Shown here: piece after piece, positions 7,705-16,522 of the stretch
Numbering within the stretch: position 1 is the first letter of the stretch
Layout: each line of letters opens with the position of its first letter
IMG/VR virus record: IMGVR_UViG_3300021440_000003
Span: 1-64,000 of that record
DNA: 64,000 nucleotides
Source: a virus
Reading direction: 5' to 3' (one strand)
Program-made: the position numbers and the translations under genes
The notes under the pieces: model-generated
The model's input: the letters and a program-made list of their open reading frames with translations, nothing else
Told to the model about the DNA's origin: nothing
Database searches by the model: none

Positions 7705-7850
7705 GATTAGGCCGACGATCACCACGCGGTACACAGTACGATGTGTACCGAAAGTGTGCGCCCGTACCCATGGACGTGCTCAACAAATCATTTTCCATGC
7801 TATGGACCACGGTACGTGACCACGTATTCAAGAGGATTTTCAGGCAATGA
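7701..7850 (+). CDS. Diverged microprotein C1 (49 aa, MRLGRR...LWTTVRDHVFKRIFRQ)
   Basis: SD GGAGGAGG, coupled at both ends, MRLG start and VRDHV unit. Confidence 0.6.
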   Translation: MRLGRRSPRGTQYDVYRKCAPVPMDVLNKSFSMLWTTVRDHVFKRIFRQ

Positions 7851-8104
7851 CCACTTCAAAACTCTCTACATTGAGACAGCCCATTGAGCCGCTGCCTGAC
7901 AACTGGGCTTGGAATGACGGGTTCCCCACCTTGACAGCAGTTGCTGCGTTTTTTGTAGCATGTTTCACAGTTTACTGTCTATGCGAATTGGCAGCAAAGC
8001 GTGTCCAACGCTTGTTTCGTGGTACAGTCCCACACCCAGAGCAAGTGAAGATACTGTTGAACAAGGCTAACCGAGACGTGCGACGGAGACCCAGATGTCT
8101 GTAA
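7847..8104 (+). CDS. Hypothetical membrane protein
   Basis: 85 aa with one hydrophobic segment. Confidence 0.55.
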   Translation: MTTSKLSTLRQPIEPLPDNWAWNDGFPTLTAVAAFFVACFTVYCLCELAAKRVQRLFRGTVPHPEQVKILLNKANRDVRRRPRCL

Positions 8105-8316
8105 CCCTGTACGGAGTACCTGACCCAGACCCTGCGCTGCTTGACGCGGTGACTGAGTGGCTGGGTGACAGGGACGCCACGATACTGTGCCACCAGCGCA
8201 CACCAATCGACGCCAGACCTTGCCAGTACCCCGGCCGCTTGCGATACGAGCTTGTCATCAACGGAACTGCGTATGCGGCGTACCAAGAACGTACCGGAAA
8301 GATAACCCTGCCATGA
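8095..8316 (+). CDS. Hypothetical protein
   Basis: SD GGAG, tiles with its neighbours. Confidence 0.55.
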   Translation: MSVTLYGVPDPDPALLDAVTEWLGDRDATILCHQRTPIDARPCQYPGRLRYELVINGTAYAAYQERTGKITLP

Positions 8317-8654
8317 CGGAAATTCAAATAACGGTGCTCACGGAGCTGGCCAAAGGCCCGCAGCTCATGAGCCACCTCGACACACTTGGCGAGCGCCAAG
8401 CGCAAGGCCGACAGGCTGCGACCTACCTTGTCAAGCACCGATTCGCCGAGTTCATCGGCCAGAGCGTGCTAATCACCGCGAGCGGACGCAACCACTTGGC
8501 CAAGATCAATGGTGACCCCGACTTTGCTGTGGCCCAGCCGCGCCAGGTGTTCCACACCGGGCAGTATGTGCCCAAGGCATGGCATACGAGGGAGGGTTCG
8601 CAGCAAGCGGGCCAGCTCCCCAGCTTGCTCTTTGGAAAGCAACATGCAGCCTAA
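8313..8654 (+). CDS. Hypothetical protein (possible winged-helix N-terminus)
   Basis: ATGA-coupled start MTEIQITVLTELAKGP. Confidence 0.55.
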   Translation: MTEIQITVLTELAKGPQLMSHLDTLGERQAQGRQAATYLVKHRFAEFIGQSVLITASGRNHLAKINGDPDFAVAQPRQVFHTGQYVPKAWHTREGSQQAGQLPSLLFGKQHAA

Positions 8655-8832
8655 CCCCATCACCTTGCCTGTCAAGCAAGACAGGTGCCTCGGATACCAG
8701 TGCGCTGTGACCAGCCAGTGCGCCCGGTTCTCGTTTCACATCTGGCAAACCTTCGGACCCAAGACCAAGCAAGTTGCGCGGTACTGTGGCCCGGAACCCA
8801 AACCAACCCCCATCCTTCTGGAGAAAACATGA
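8644..8832 (+). CDS. Small Cys-containing hypothetical protein
   Basis: RCLGYQCAVTSQCARF...YC. Confidence 0.5.
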   Translation: MQPNPITLPVKQDRCLGYQCAVTSQCARFSFHIWQTFGPKTKQVARYCGPEPKPTPILLEKT

Positions 8833-9041
8833 CCTTCACCGTTTCCTACGACCGCCCCCTGCCCGCAGCCCGTACCCGCTCGCCCATGACCGCCGCCTTG
8901 ATGGAGATGCGTGTCGGCGGCAGCATTTCGCCCCTGACCAAATCTCAAGCCGCCAACGCGACTGCCTTCCTGCGCAAGCTCGGCGGCAAGGGCGCGATGC
9001 ACAAGGAAGGCGACACCTACACCGTGTTCAAGACCGCTTGA
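8829..9041 (+). CDS. Small basic hypothetical protein
   Basis: SD GGAG, ATGA coupling. Confidence 0.6.
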   Translation: MTFTVSYDRPLPAARTRSPMTAALMEMRVGGSISPLTKSQAANATAFLRKLGGKGAMHKEGDTYTVFKTA

Positions 9042-9349
9042 GCGATCGAGTAGTCGCCCTCTACAGGTTGTGGAACGAGGCGCACCGCGCCTTGTCCACG
9101 GGGGCAACCCTGCCTGTGGTGTGCGACGATCAACTGGTGCGCAGGACCTGGGCAGAGCTCCTGCCCGGCCTGATGCAGCAACCCGAGGTGCAAAATGCTG
9201 TGCTGGCCAGCTTGACCCCGCACCTGCGCCTCGCCCTAGCCGAAGCATACATGCTGGCACATGCTGCCCGTGTTGTCGAAAAAGGAACCCACCATGAAGA
9301 TCAAGATGTTGACGGCAGCCCGCCGTCTTTTCAATTCCCCCTACGTTAG
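9038..9349 (+). CDS. Hypothetical protein
   Basis: TTGA-coupled start within ORF 8774..9349. Confidence 0.45.
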   Translation: MSDRVVALYRLWNEAHRALSTGATLPVVCDDQLVRRTWAELLPGLMQQPEVQNAVLASLTPHLRLALAEAYMLAHAARVVEKGTHHEDQDVDGSPPSFQFPLR

Positions 9350-9449
9350 CCCTGAGATCAACCGAGCCAACCAGCGAAAGTGGGTCCGCTCCGTGCGCGA
9401 CCTTGGAGACAAGTGGTTGCTTGCCAAGTACCAAGGGAGGACCGCTTGA
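9294..9449 (+). CDS. Small basic hypothetical protein
   Basis: SD AAAGGAACCCACCATG, same as at the AAA gene start. Confidence 0.6.
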   Translation: MKIKMLTAARRLFNSPYVSPEINRANQRKWVRSVRDLGDKWLLAKYQGRTA

Positions 9450-9808
9450 TGGGCCACTACAGCGACTCGGAGCTGGTGGGCGTGGCCTTGGCCTCCATGA
9501 AGGCCACAGGCGTGCGCATCGTCAACCAGCTGGACCCGTCCAGTGACGAGGACGAACGACTGCTGGATGTGGCGCTGGATGAGCTTGAAAACTTCATCCA
9601 CGCGAACCACGTGACGTACGGTCCTCTTTACGAGGCCCCGCACCAGGCCATCATGGACGCCATTACCTTGGGCGGCTTTGTGGCCTGCCCTACAGCGCAG
9701 ACAGCCAAAGACTTGTTTGCGATTTTCAACATCCACGGCGAGACGTATGCCAGCGGGCTGTACGCCGAGATGTATCTCGACGGGCACCTCGTGGGAGAGA
9801 ACACATGA
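9449..9808 (+). CDS. Hypothetical protein
   Basis: SD GGAGG, TGATG overlap. Confidence 0.6.
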   Translation: MGHYSDSELVGVALASMKATGVRIVNQLDPSSDEDERLLDVALDELENFIHANHVTYGPLYEAPHQAIMDAITLGGFVACPTAQTAKDLFAIFNIHGETYASGLYAEMYLDGHLVGENT

Positions 9809-10108
9809 ACAACTCCGGCATCACCACCGCCGCCATCGTCCTGCTCATTGCGACAGCGGTGGCGAGCTACCTGGCTCTCCTGCTTGCCATCGACATGACG
9901 ATTGACCTGTACCACAAGTTGACTTCAAAGAAGGACCCGAATTGACCTACATCCTTGCGGCACTGGCCGCCATCTTCGCCGTGGCCGCGTACCTGTGCAT
10001 GCTCACCAGCATGACTGGCACTCAGAGCAAGTTGAAAACCACAGCCGCCTTGGCTTGTGTGGCAGGTTCCTTCGCTTGCGCGGTAACACTTGCTTGGAGG
10101 GTACTGGC

Positions 10109-10732
10109 ATGACCGAGATCACGATTGACAAAGCAGTGCTGGAGCAGACGCTTGATGCGCTGGAGAGCGTAGAAGCTCTGATTGAATACCAGTACACCGG
10201 AACGCGCGACGGTATGTCCTATCTGCAAAACACAACAGATGATGCACAGGAGGCGCTGATCACCCTCCGCACCGCCATAGAGCAGGCGGCGCATGGCCCC
10301 TGTGACGGGGGCGAAATTTGCCTTGGTTGCTCTCCGCGAAATCCAGACGGTAGCTGCCCAGATGCGCCACGCACGCCGCAAGAGTGCGTGGCCGCAAGCG
10401 CCGCCATTGAGCGCAACGCCATCGAGCAAGCTGAGGTGTTCCAGCCACTTGCAACTGTGTGGAGATGGGTCGCCATCAAAGACGGAAAAGCCATCTACCA
10501 GTACAGCGACAAAGGCTATCCGCACTTGTTCCGTCACAGTGCCGTGCAGTTGCCGACTGAGGTGGATACAGCCAAGCCGCTGACGGATGAGCAAGACCTG
10601 TTCGAGCAGCATATCCGTGCTTGCACAGTACACCACGAAGCCGCGCTACGAAAAGATGAGCACGGTCGATACAGCATGTGGATGACCAAGTTGCGCTGGG
10701 CGACTTGGCAAGAAGCTAGGAGAACGAAATGA
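10109..10732 (+). CDS. Hypothetical mosaic phage protein
   Basis: SD GGAGG before MTEITIDK. Confidence 0.6.
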   Translation: MTEITIDKAVLEQTLDALESVEALIEYQYTGTRDGMSYLQNTTDDAQEALITLRTAIEQAAHGPCDGGEICLGCSPRNPDGSCPDAPRTPQECVAASAAIERNAIEQAEVFQPLATVWRWVAIKDGKAIYQYSDKGYPHLFRHSAVQLPTEVDTAKPLTDEQDLFEQHIRACTVHHEAALRKDEHGRYSMWMTKLRWATWQEARRTK

Positions 10733-10965
10733 AGATAGCAACGCTACTGCTAACCGTAGCCCTTGCTGGCTGCGAAGTTGATTCAACAAAGGTAGATCAA
10801 TGTATGCGCCGGGAGATTTTCAACGAGTGCTTGAAAACAATACCCGCAGGGCCGACTAAGGCACACTACAACGACTGGAGCGAAGTCGTCGGCAAGTGCG
10901 AGGATGCCGCGTACTACCAAAGCTTGCGAAAAACAACGCAGATAAAACCGGAGTGCAGAACTTGA
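10729..10965 (+). CDS. Putative lipoprotein
   Basis: Signal peptide with lipobox LAGC; SD AGGAG. Confidence 0.65.
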   Translation: MKIATLLLTVALAGCEVDSTKVDQCMRREIFNECLKTIPAGPTKAHYNDWSEVVGKCEDAAYYQSLRKTTQIKPECRT

Positions 10966-11045
10966 ACACCAAGGTCAATCCTCCCCTTAAAGGGAGGTAA
11001 AAAAATACTTCACGCACAACGCAAATATGTTGTATGATTTGGCAC

Positions 11046-11183
11046 ATGGACAAGATGATTCGCACCAACTACTACTTCCCGCGCCAGATGCTAGACGCGC
11101 TCAAAGCCGCAGCGGAGAAGCACGGGTTGCCAATCAGCGAGCTCATTCGCCGTGCAATCACGGAGTGGCTAAAATGCAACTGA
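11046..11183 (+). CDS. Ribbon-helix-helix (CopG-like) protein, 45 aa
   Basis: MIRTNYYFPRQMLDALKAAAEKHGLPISELIRRAITEWL; overlaps the tnpB start. Confidence 0.8.
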   Translation: MDKMIRTNYYFPRQMLDALKAAAEKHGLPISELIRRAITEWLKCN

Positions 11184-12210
11184 CCTACAAGTTCCGTTTA
11201 CGTGATACCTGCGACAGTGAACTTCGCAGGCAAGCCCGCTCCGTCAACCTTGTTTGGAATTACTGCAACGAACGCCAGAAGGAAGCCGTCAACAAGGGAC
11301 GCAAATGGCCCAGCAAGTACGACTTGCAAAAGTTGACAGCAGGAAGCTCGAAAGAACTTGACATACACGCGCACACCATTCAGGGTGTTTGCCGCAAGTA
11401 CGACGACAGCCGTAGGACACACAAGAAAGCCTCCCTGCGCTGGCGTAGCAACAAGAAGTCGCTCGGTTGGGTGCCATTCAACCAAGGCACCGTAAGGTAC
11501 AGCAATGGGTCGTTCTGGTTCCGTGGGCGCGAATACAAGGCATGGGTCAGCCGCGACCTCCAAGAAGGTAAGACGTTTGGGGCTGGTTCGTTTAATCAAG
11601 ACTCTCAGGGTCGTTGGTATATCAACCTGCCCGTAAAAGTCGAATGCTTGCAAACCGCACAAGGCGACGCCATTGGGGTTGACCTTGGTCTAAAGGAATT
11701 GGCTGCAATCAGCAACGGAAGCAAGATTGAGCACCCTACTCACTACCGCCGCATGGAGCAGCGCATTGCCACGGCTCAGCGAGCAAAGAAAAAGAAGCAA
11801 GTCAAAAAGTTGCATGTCAAGGTAAAAACCAACGCAATGACTTCTTGCACAAAGAATCAACCAAGCTGGTAAAGCAGCATGGTGCGATATTCGTCGGCAA
11901 CGTAAAGCCATCCGCCATCGCCAAAACCCGCATGAGTAAATCAGCACTCGATGCTGGTTGGGCAATGTTTAAGCAGAAACTTCAGTACAAAGCCATTAGG
12001 CATGGAGTTATGTTTGCGGAGGTCAACGAAGCCTATTCAACCCAGACCTGTTCTTCATGCGGAAGCGTGGAGGGGCCGAAAGGTGTCGCAGGCCTTGGAA
12101 TAAGGCGATGGACGTGTAGTTGTGGCGCGGAACATGACCGCGACACAAACGCTGCACAGAACATTGCCCGCAAAGGACTATTTGCGCTTGCAGAAGGAGC
12201 CTCAGCATGA
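11174..12210 (+). pseudogene. tnpB: TnpB RNA-guided nuclease, frameshifted at an A5 run near 11824-11828
   Basis: N-terminal TYKFRL, RuvC-I GVDLG, zinc finger CSSC..CSC, RuvC-III DRDTNAA; one extra A restores VKNQRNDFLHK. Confidence 0.85.
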
Positions 12211-12306
12211 GCACAGATTCTCAAAAGAATCCCCGTGCCTTAGCGCGGGGAGTAGTCAATGGACTTGGTACTGGCCTGAGAACGCTCGGGTGGAAAGGCG
12301 TGCGCC

Positions 12307-12522
12307 GTGAGCAAGACACTTTGGAAGTGGGAGCAGAACGGCAACGGCGGCGAGAACGGCACAGCCACCTACTTCCCCGGAACCGTTTACGAGATCAGCG
12401 TGCAACTACCCACGTTCATCGAGGCGAACCACCTCTACGGTTGCATCGCTGCGACAATCCGCGACGAGCGACTTGCTGCGAGGGGTGAGCTGCTTGCTCA
12501 GATCGGGAGGTTGAAGCCATGA
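12307..12522 (+). CDS. Hypothetical protein
   Basis: 71-aa ORF coupled to the next start. Confidence 0.55.
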   Translation: MSKTLWKWEQNGNGGENGTATYFPGTVYEISVQLPTFIEANHLYGCIAATIRDERLAARGELLAQIGRLKP

Positions 12523-12716
12523 GCGACAATCTACACCCCACCGAGCAGGTCACCACGCTCTACGACCCGCTCACTAACCCACCGCCCAAAGGGGTGAGCT
12601 TGCTGCTCATCAACGAGGGCGGCGTGCTTATCATCGGCCAGTGGTACGAAGGTGCACTGGCCTGGGGCTGAAAACAGTTAGTAGAAATCTAACAAAGTCT
12701 GCTACAATCGGCTCCT

Positions 12717-13322
12717 ATGGAAAAAAGATTAGTCAAAATTGGTGAAGCGGCAGCGCTGTTGGGCGTGGCCGTCAGCACTATGCGCAAGTGGGAATCCACG
12801 GGTGAGTTGTTGCCAGACCGCAAGACGGCCGGTGGCACGCGCTACTACGACCCTGCGAAACTTGCCGGGCTTGGCGACGCGGATGCACCGACCGTGGGCT
12901 ACGCCAGAGTCAGCCGCCACGACCAGAAAGAAGACCTGGAGCGCCAGCACGCCATGCTAGAAGCATATTGCGCAGCCAAAGGTTGGCGCAGTGAGGTCAT
13001 CAAAGACCTTGGCTCCGGCATGAACTACCGCAAGAAGGGGTTGAACCAGCTGCTAGAAATGATTTTGCGCAAGCAAATGAAACGCCTGGTTATCACGCAC
13101 AAAGACCGGTTGCTTCGTTTTGGTAGTGAGTTGGTGTTTGCGTTGTGCGCCCACCAGCAAATCGAAATAATCATCATCCACAAAGGCGACGAGCCTTCGT
13201 TTGAAGAAGACTTGGCCAAGGATGTACTGGAAATCATCACCGTGTTCTCAGCCCGCCTGTACGGAAGTCGCAGCAAAAAGAACAAACAACTGATGGATGC
13301 GCTCAGCGCCGCTGTAAAGTAA
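12717..13322 (+). CDS. tnpA: IS607 serine recombinase/transposase with N-terminal MerR-type HTH
   Basis: IGEAAALLGV HTH, YARVS catalytic serine, DLGSG, HKDRLLRFG, FSARLYG. Confidence 0.95.
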   Translation: MEKRLVKIGEAAALLGVAVSTMRKWESTGELLPDRKTAGGTRYYDPAKLAGLGDADAPTVGYARVSRHDQKEDLERQHAMLEAYCAAKGWRSEVIKDLGSGMNYRKKGLNQLLEMILRKQMKRLVITHKDRLLRFGSELVFALCAHQQIEIIIIHKGDEPSFEEDLAKDVLEIITVFSARLYGSRSKKNKQLMDALSAAVK

Positions 13323-13325
13323 ATC

Positions 13326-14528
13326 ATGCACCGCGCCCACAAGATAAAACTGCAACCAACAAAGGCTCAAGAGCAATACCTTGCTCGCGCCTGCGGTGTG
13401 GCTCGGTTTGCATTTAATTGGGCATTGGCTGAGTGGAAAAAAGACTACGAGGCTGGTGGCAAGCCGTCCGAAGCGGCGTTGCGCAAGAAACTTAACAGCA
13501 TTAAGGCGACCGAGTTTCCGTGGATGGCGGATGTCACCAAGTGCGCACCGCAACAAGCCATCAAGAACGTCGGTGCCGCATTCCAGCACTTCTTCCGGCG
13601 TGTCAAGCAAGGCGGAAAACCTGGCTACCCTAAGTTCAAACGCAAAGGCCAACACGACAGTTTCCGTGCCGACAACGGGCCTGCTGACGCCAACAGCAAT
13701 GCCGTGGAGTGTGACGGCAAGACCATCAAACTGCCACGCTGTGGCACGGTCAAGATGCGCGAGTTGTTGCGCTTCTCTGGCCGCACACTGTCTGCCACCG
13801 TTAGCAAACAAGCCGATGGCTGGTATGTCACCGTTTTGGTTGACACCTCAGACATGCTGACTGGCCCCTTGGGTGGGGGCGTTGTTGGCGTTGACCTCGG
13901 CATTAAGAATCTGGCGGTGCTAAGCACTGGCGAAGTGCTGGCACCGCTCAAACCGCACCGCGCCTTGCACACCCGCTTGGTGCGTTTATCCCGTAGTCTC
14001 AGCCGCAAGAAAAAAGGCAGCAGCAACCGAGCCAAAGCGAAAACCAAGCTGGCAAAGTTGCACAAGCGTATCGCGGACATCCGTGTTGATGCGCTGCACA
14101 AGCTGACCAACCGTCTTGCAACTGAGTTTGACACCATCGCCGTTGAAGACCTGAACGTGAAAGGAATGGTGCGTAACCGCCACCTTGCCCGCAGCGTGTC
14201 CGATGCTGGGTTTGGCGAGTTCCGCAGCCAGCTTGCATACAAGTCTGCAATGACTGGTGCATCAGTTTTTATCGTAGACCGCTTCTACCCATCGAGCAAG
14301 ACATGCTCTGCGTGCGGCGAAATCCATGATATGAAGCTGAGCGACCGTGTGATGGTGTGTGACTGCGGCAACGTGATGGACCGCGACCTGAATGCGGCCA
14401 TAAACCTAAAGAACAAGGCGGTCAGCTTGACCGTTTCAGCCTGTGGAGAGGATGGCTCTGGCCGTGGTAGCAATACCGCGACGAAACCAACCTCTATGAA
14501 GCAGGAAGATTTGGCTGCATTGTGTTGA
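13326..14528 (+). CDS. tnpB: TnpB RNA-guided endonuclease
   Basis: RuvC triad GVDLG / AVEDL / DRDLNAA intact; zinc finger CSAC..CDC. Confidence 0.95.
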   Translation: MHRAHKIKLQPTKAQEQYLARACGVARFAFNWALAEWKKDYEAGGKPSEAALRKKLNSIKATEFPWMADVTKCAPQQAIKNVGAAFQHFFRRVKQGGKPGYPKFKRKGQHDSFRADNGPADANSNAVECDGKTIKLPRCGTVKMRELLRFSGRTLSATVSKQADGWYVTVLVDTSDMLTGPLGGGVVGVDLGIKNLAVLSTGEVLAPLKPHRALHTRLVRLSRSLSRKKKGSSNRAKAKTKLAKLHKRIADIRVDALHKLTNRLATEFDTIAVEDLNVKGMVRNRHLARSVSDAGFGEFRSQLAYKSAMTGASVFIVDRFYPSSKTCSACGEIHDMKLSDRVMVCDCGNVMDRDLNAAINLKNKAVSLTVSACGEDGSGRGSNTATKPTSMKQEDLAALC

Positions 14529-14589
14529 AACATGCAGCTATATCAGAGCGGCTACAAGCCCCGCATACCAGAATCAGTAAAAAGACGCG

Positions 14590-15972
14590 ATGCTAGACAA
14601 CCTGCTACAACAGATCAAACTCCCATTCGACCTGAAGCCCAAGCAACGTGATGCTATAGAAAACATAGCGCAGTTTGACCGGGGAGGCTTGTTCACGGAT
14701 GTGGGCACCGGCAAGACTGTGATGGCCACCTTGATCGCCATGATCTGGAGGCCACGCAAGGTGTTCATCGCCATGCCCCCGATCTTGCTTGACCAGTGGG
14801 CTGATTGGCTTGAGTCGATTGGCCAAACGGATGTGTCAATCTACCGGGGACCACGACGCAAGCCGGACCAACTTGACCACGCTTGGGTCCTCATGTCGCA
14901 CAACGTGTTCCGGGACTCCTTCGAGCACGTGAGAGACCGATTCGACGCGTCCCAAGACGTGTTGATTATGGAAGAAGCCCATGCGATGAAGAACCCGGGC
15001 AGCCAGCTGTTCAAGAAGGTGGGCAATGTCCTCATCCCGAAAGGCAAGGTCATCCTGCTCACCGGCACGCCCACCAGCAACCCGGGAGATGGCTACGCCT
15101 ACACCCGCATCAAGACCCCGGCTGTGTACCGCAGCAAGGGCCACTTCGACCGCATCCATGTGGCCGAGCGAGACATCTACAACAATGTGACCAAATGGAA
15201 GGACCTTGACCTGCTGTCCGCAAACTTGCACCTGCAAGCGGTCAAGCTGACCAAGGAAGACATTTTCGGGGACACCCCCGACCCGATCTACACCACCATG
15301 TCGTACAGGCTTGACCCGGCGCATGAGAAGCTCTACAACCAGCTGGCGGAGGAGCAGCTGCTGCTTCTGACGACCGGGGACAAGATTGACGCCACCACGG
15401 CCACCCGCTTGTACCACGCGCTCCAGCAGATCGTGGTCAACTGGTCGCACTTCGCCGCCCAGGACAAGCGCCCTGCGGCCTTCGACTTGCTTGACGAGGT
15501 GATCGAGTCCACACAGTGCATGGACAAGAGCAAGACCAAGCTGTCGGTGTGGGTCAATTACCGCATGACAAACGAGGCCGTTGTCAAGTACCTTCGCGCC
15601 AAGTTCGGAGATCGAGCCATCGCAGCGGCATACGGCGACGTGGACTCATCCAAGGGTGTGCACGCCATCATGAACGACCCGGAATGCCGGATTCTGGTGG
15701 CGCACCCGAAGTCAGCCGGTGTGGGCCTCAACATGCAGCACGTCTCGCACGAGATGTTGTTTCTGGAGGCCAGCACGGTGCCCATGGAGATGAAGCAGAC
15801 CATCGGCCGCATCGACCGGGCGGGACAGACCAAGGTGCCGCATATCCGGTTCGCCCAGGCCAAGGGCACCATCCAGGTCAAGCTGTTCCGAGACTTGCTC
15901 TCGAAGGACGATTTGGTCTCACACGTGGAGAGGTCTCCTAAGTCCCTTCGCAATTCAATTTACGGGTCCTGA
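14590..15972 (+). CDS. SNF2-like superfamily 2 helicase
   Basis: GTGKT, EEAH, LTGTP, AGVGLN, QTIGRIDRAGQ. Confidence 0.9.
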   Translation: MLDNLLQQIKLPFDLKPKQRDAIENIAQFDRGGLFTDVGTGKTVMATLIAMIWRPRKVFIAMPPILLDQWADWLESIGQTDVSIYRGPRRKPDQLDHAWVLMSHNVFRDSFEHVRDRFDASQDVLIMEEAHAMKNPGSQLFKKVGNVLIPKGKVILLTGTPTSNPGDGYAYTRIKTPAVYRSKGHFDRIHVAERDIYNNVTKWKDLDLLSANLHLQAVKLTKEDIFGDTPDPIYTTMSYRLDPAHEKLYNQLAEEQLLLLTTGDKIDATTATRLYHALQQIVVNWSHFAAQDKRPAAFDLLDEVIESTQCMDKSKTKLSVWVNYRMTNEAVVKYLRAKFGDRAIAAAYGDVDSSKGVHAIMNDPECRILVAHPKSAGVGLNMQHVSHEMLFLEASTVPMEMKQTIGRIDRAGQTKVPHIRFAQAKGTIQVKLFRDLLSKDDLVSHVERSPKSLRNSIYGS

Positions 15973-16024
15973 CCCGCCCGGCTGTGATACAGTCGCGGCT
16001 TCGAAAAGAAAGACAACCTAGATC

Positions 16025-16522
16025 ATGGACCACGCAGTACGCAGTTCCTTAGAAAAACGCTTGACACGACAAGCCGCGCAGCAGAGCCTCAACGAGAGCG
16101 AATACCTGCTGTACACCGGATGTACCCACTACGAAAGATACCTGTGCGGAGCAGGCAAGGTGCTTGCCCTGTGGCGGGTGCGTGACGGGCATCCGATCAT
16201 CGAGAACATCTACCGGGTGGTCTCCGTGGCGGTTGATGCCTATGACGGGTTCTCGGCCAAGATCGTGGGCGATGATTGCTCTGAGCACCGCATCACCCAC
16301 CACCCCACACAGCTTGGCCAGAACACGATCTTTGCCAGCTTCCCCTTCTTCCCTGAGACCATGTACCAATCGGTCGGCGTCAACAGCCGAATGATGGTGC
16401 GTTTTCCTCTGGTGTTCCGGCAAGCATCAAGCCCGAGCGCTACCTCCGAGGGTACCCAACACCTGACAGACATTCCGCGATTGGTTGATCTGTTCCCCCA
16501 ATACGAAGGCGTTAAATTCTGA
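16025..16522 (+). CDS. Hypothetical protein
   Basis: 165-aa ORF, TGATG-coupled to the primase. Confidence 0.65.
   Translation: MDHAVRSSLEKRLTRQAAQQSLNESEYLLYTGCTHYERYLCGAGKVLALWRVRDGHPIIENIYRVVSVAVDAYDGFSAKIVGDDCSEHRITHHPTQLGQNTIFASFPFFPETMYQSVGVNSRMMVRFPLVFRQASSPSATSEGTQHLTDIPRLVDLFPQYEGVKF

Larger units (their letters stand above)
10967..12259 (+). mobile_element. Non-autonomous IS200/IS605-family (IS1341-like) element: RHH gene + tnpB, no tnpA
   Basis: Left-end hairpin CCTCCC-cttaaa-GGGAGG (~10980-10997) after TTGAA; right-end hairpin CCCCGTGC..GCGCGGGG followed by TCAA ending at 12259. Confidence 0.8.
12668..14551 (+). mobile_element. IS607-family insertion sequence
   Basis: tnpA serine recombinase + tnpB; GG(CT) core at both junctions (12666-12669, 14550-14553). 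Confidence 0.9.
12519..14651 (+). pseudogene. Small phage gene interrupted by the IS607 element
   Basis: 12519-12668 (MSDN...ALAWG) continues in frame at 14553-14651 (YKPRIPESVK...) once the element is removed at the shared GGCT. Confidence 0.7.

Noticed and set aside
12668-14551. IStron (group I intron-IS fusion) that would splice out and restore the gene
   Set aside because: Only about 50 bp lie between the left junction and tnpA, leaving no room for a ribozyme core
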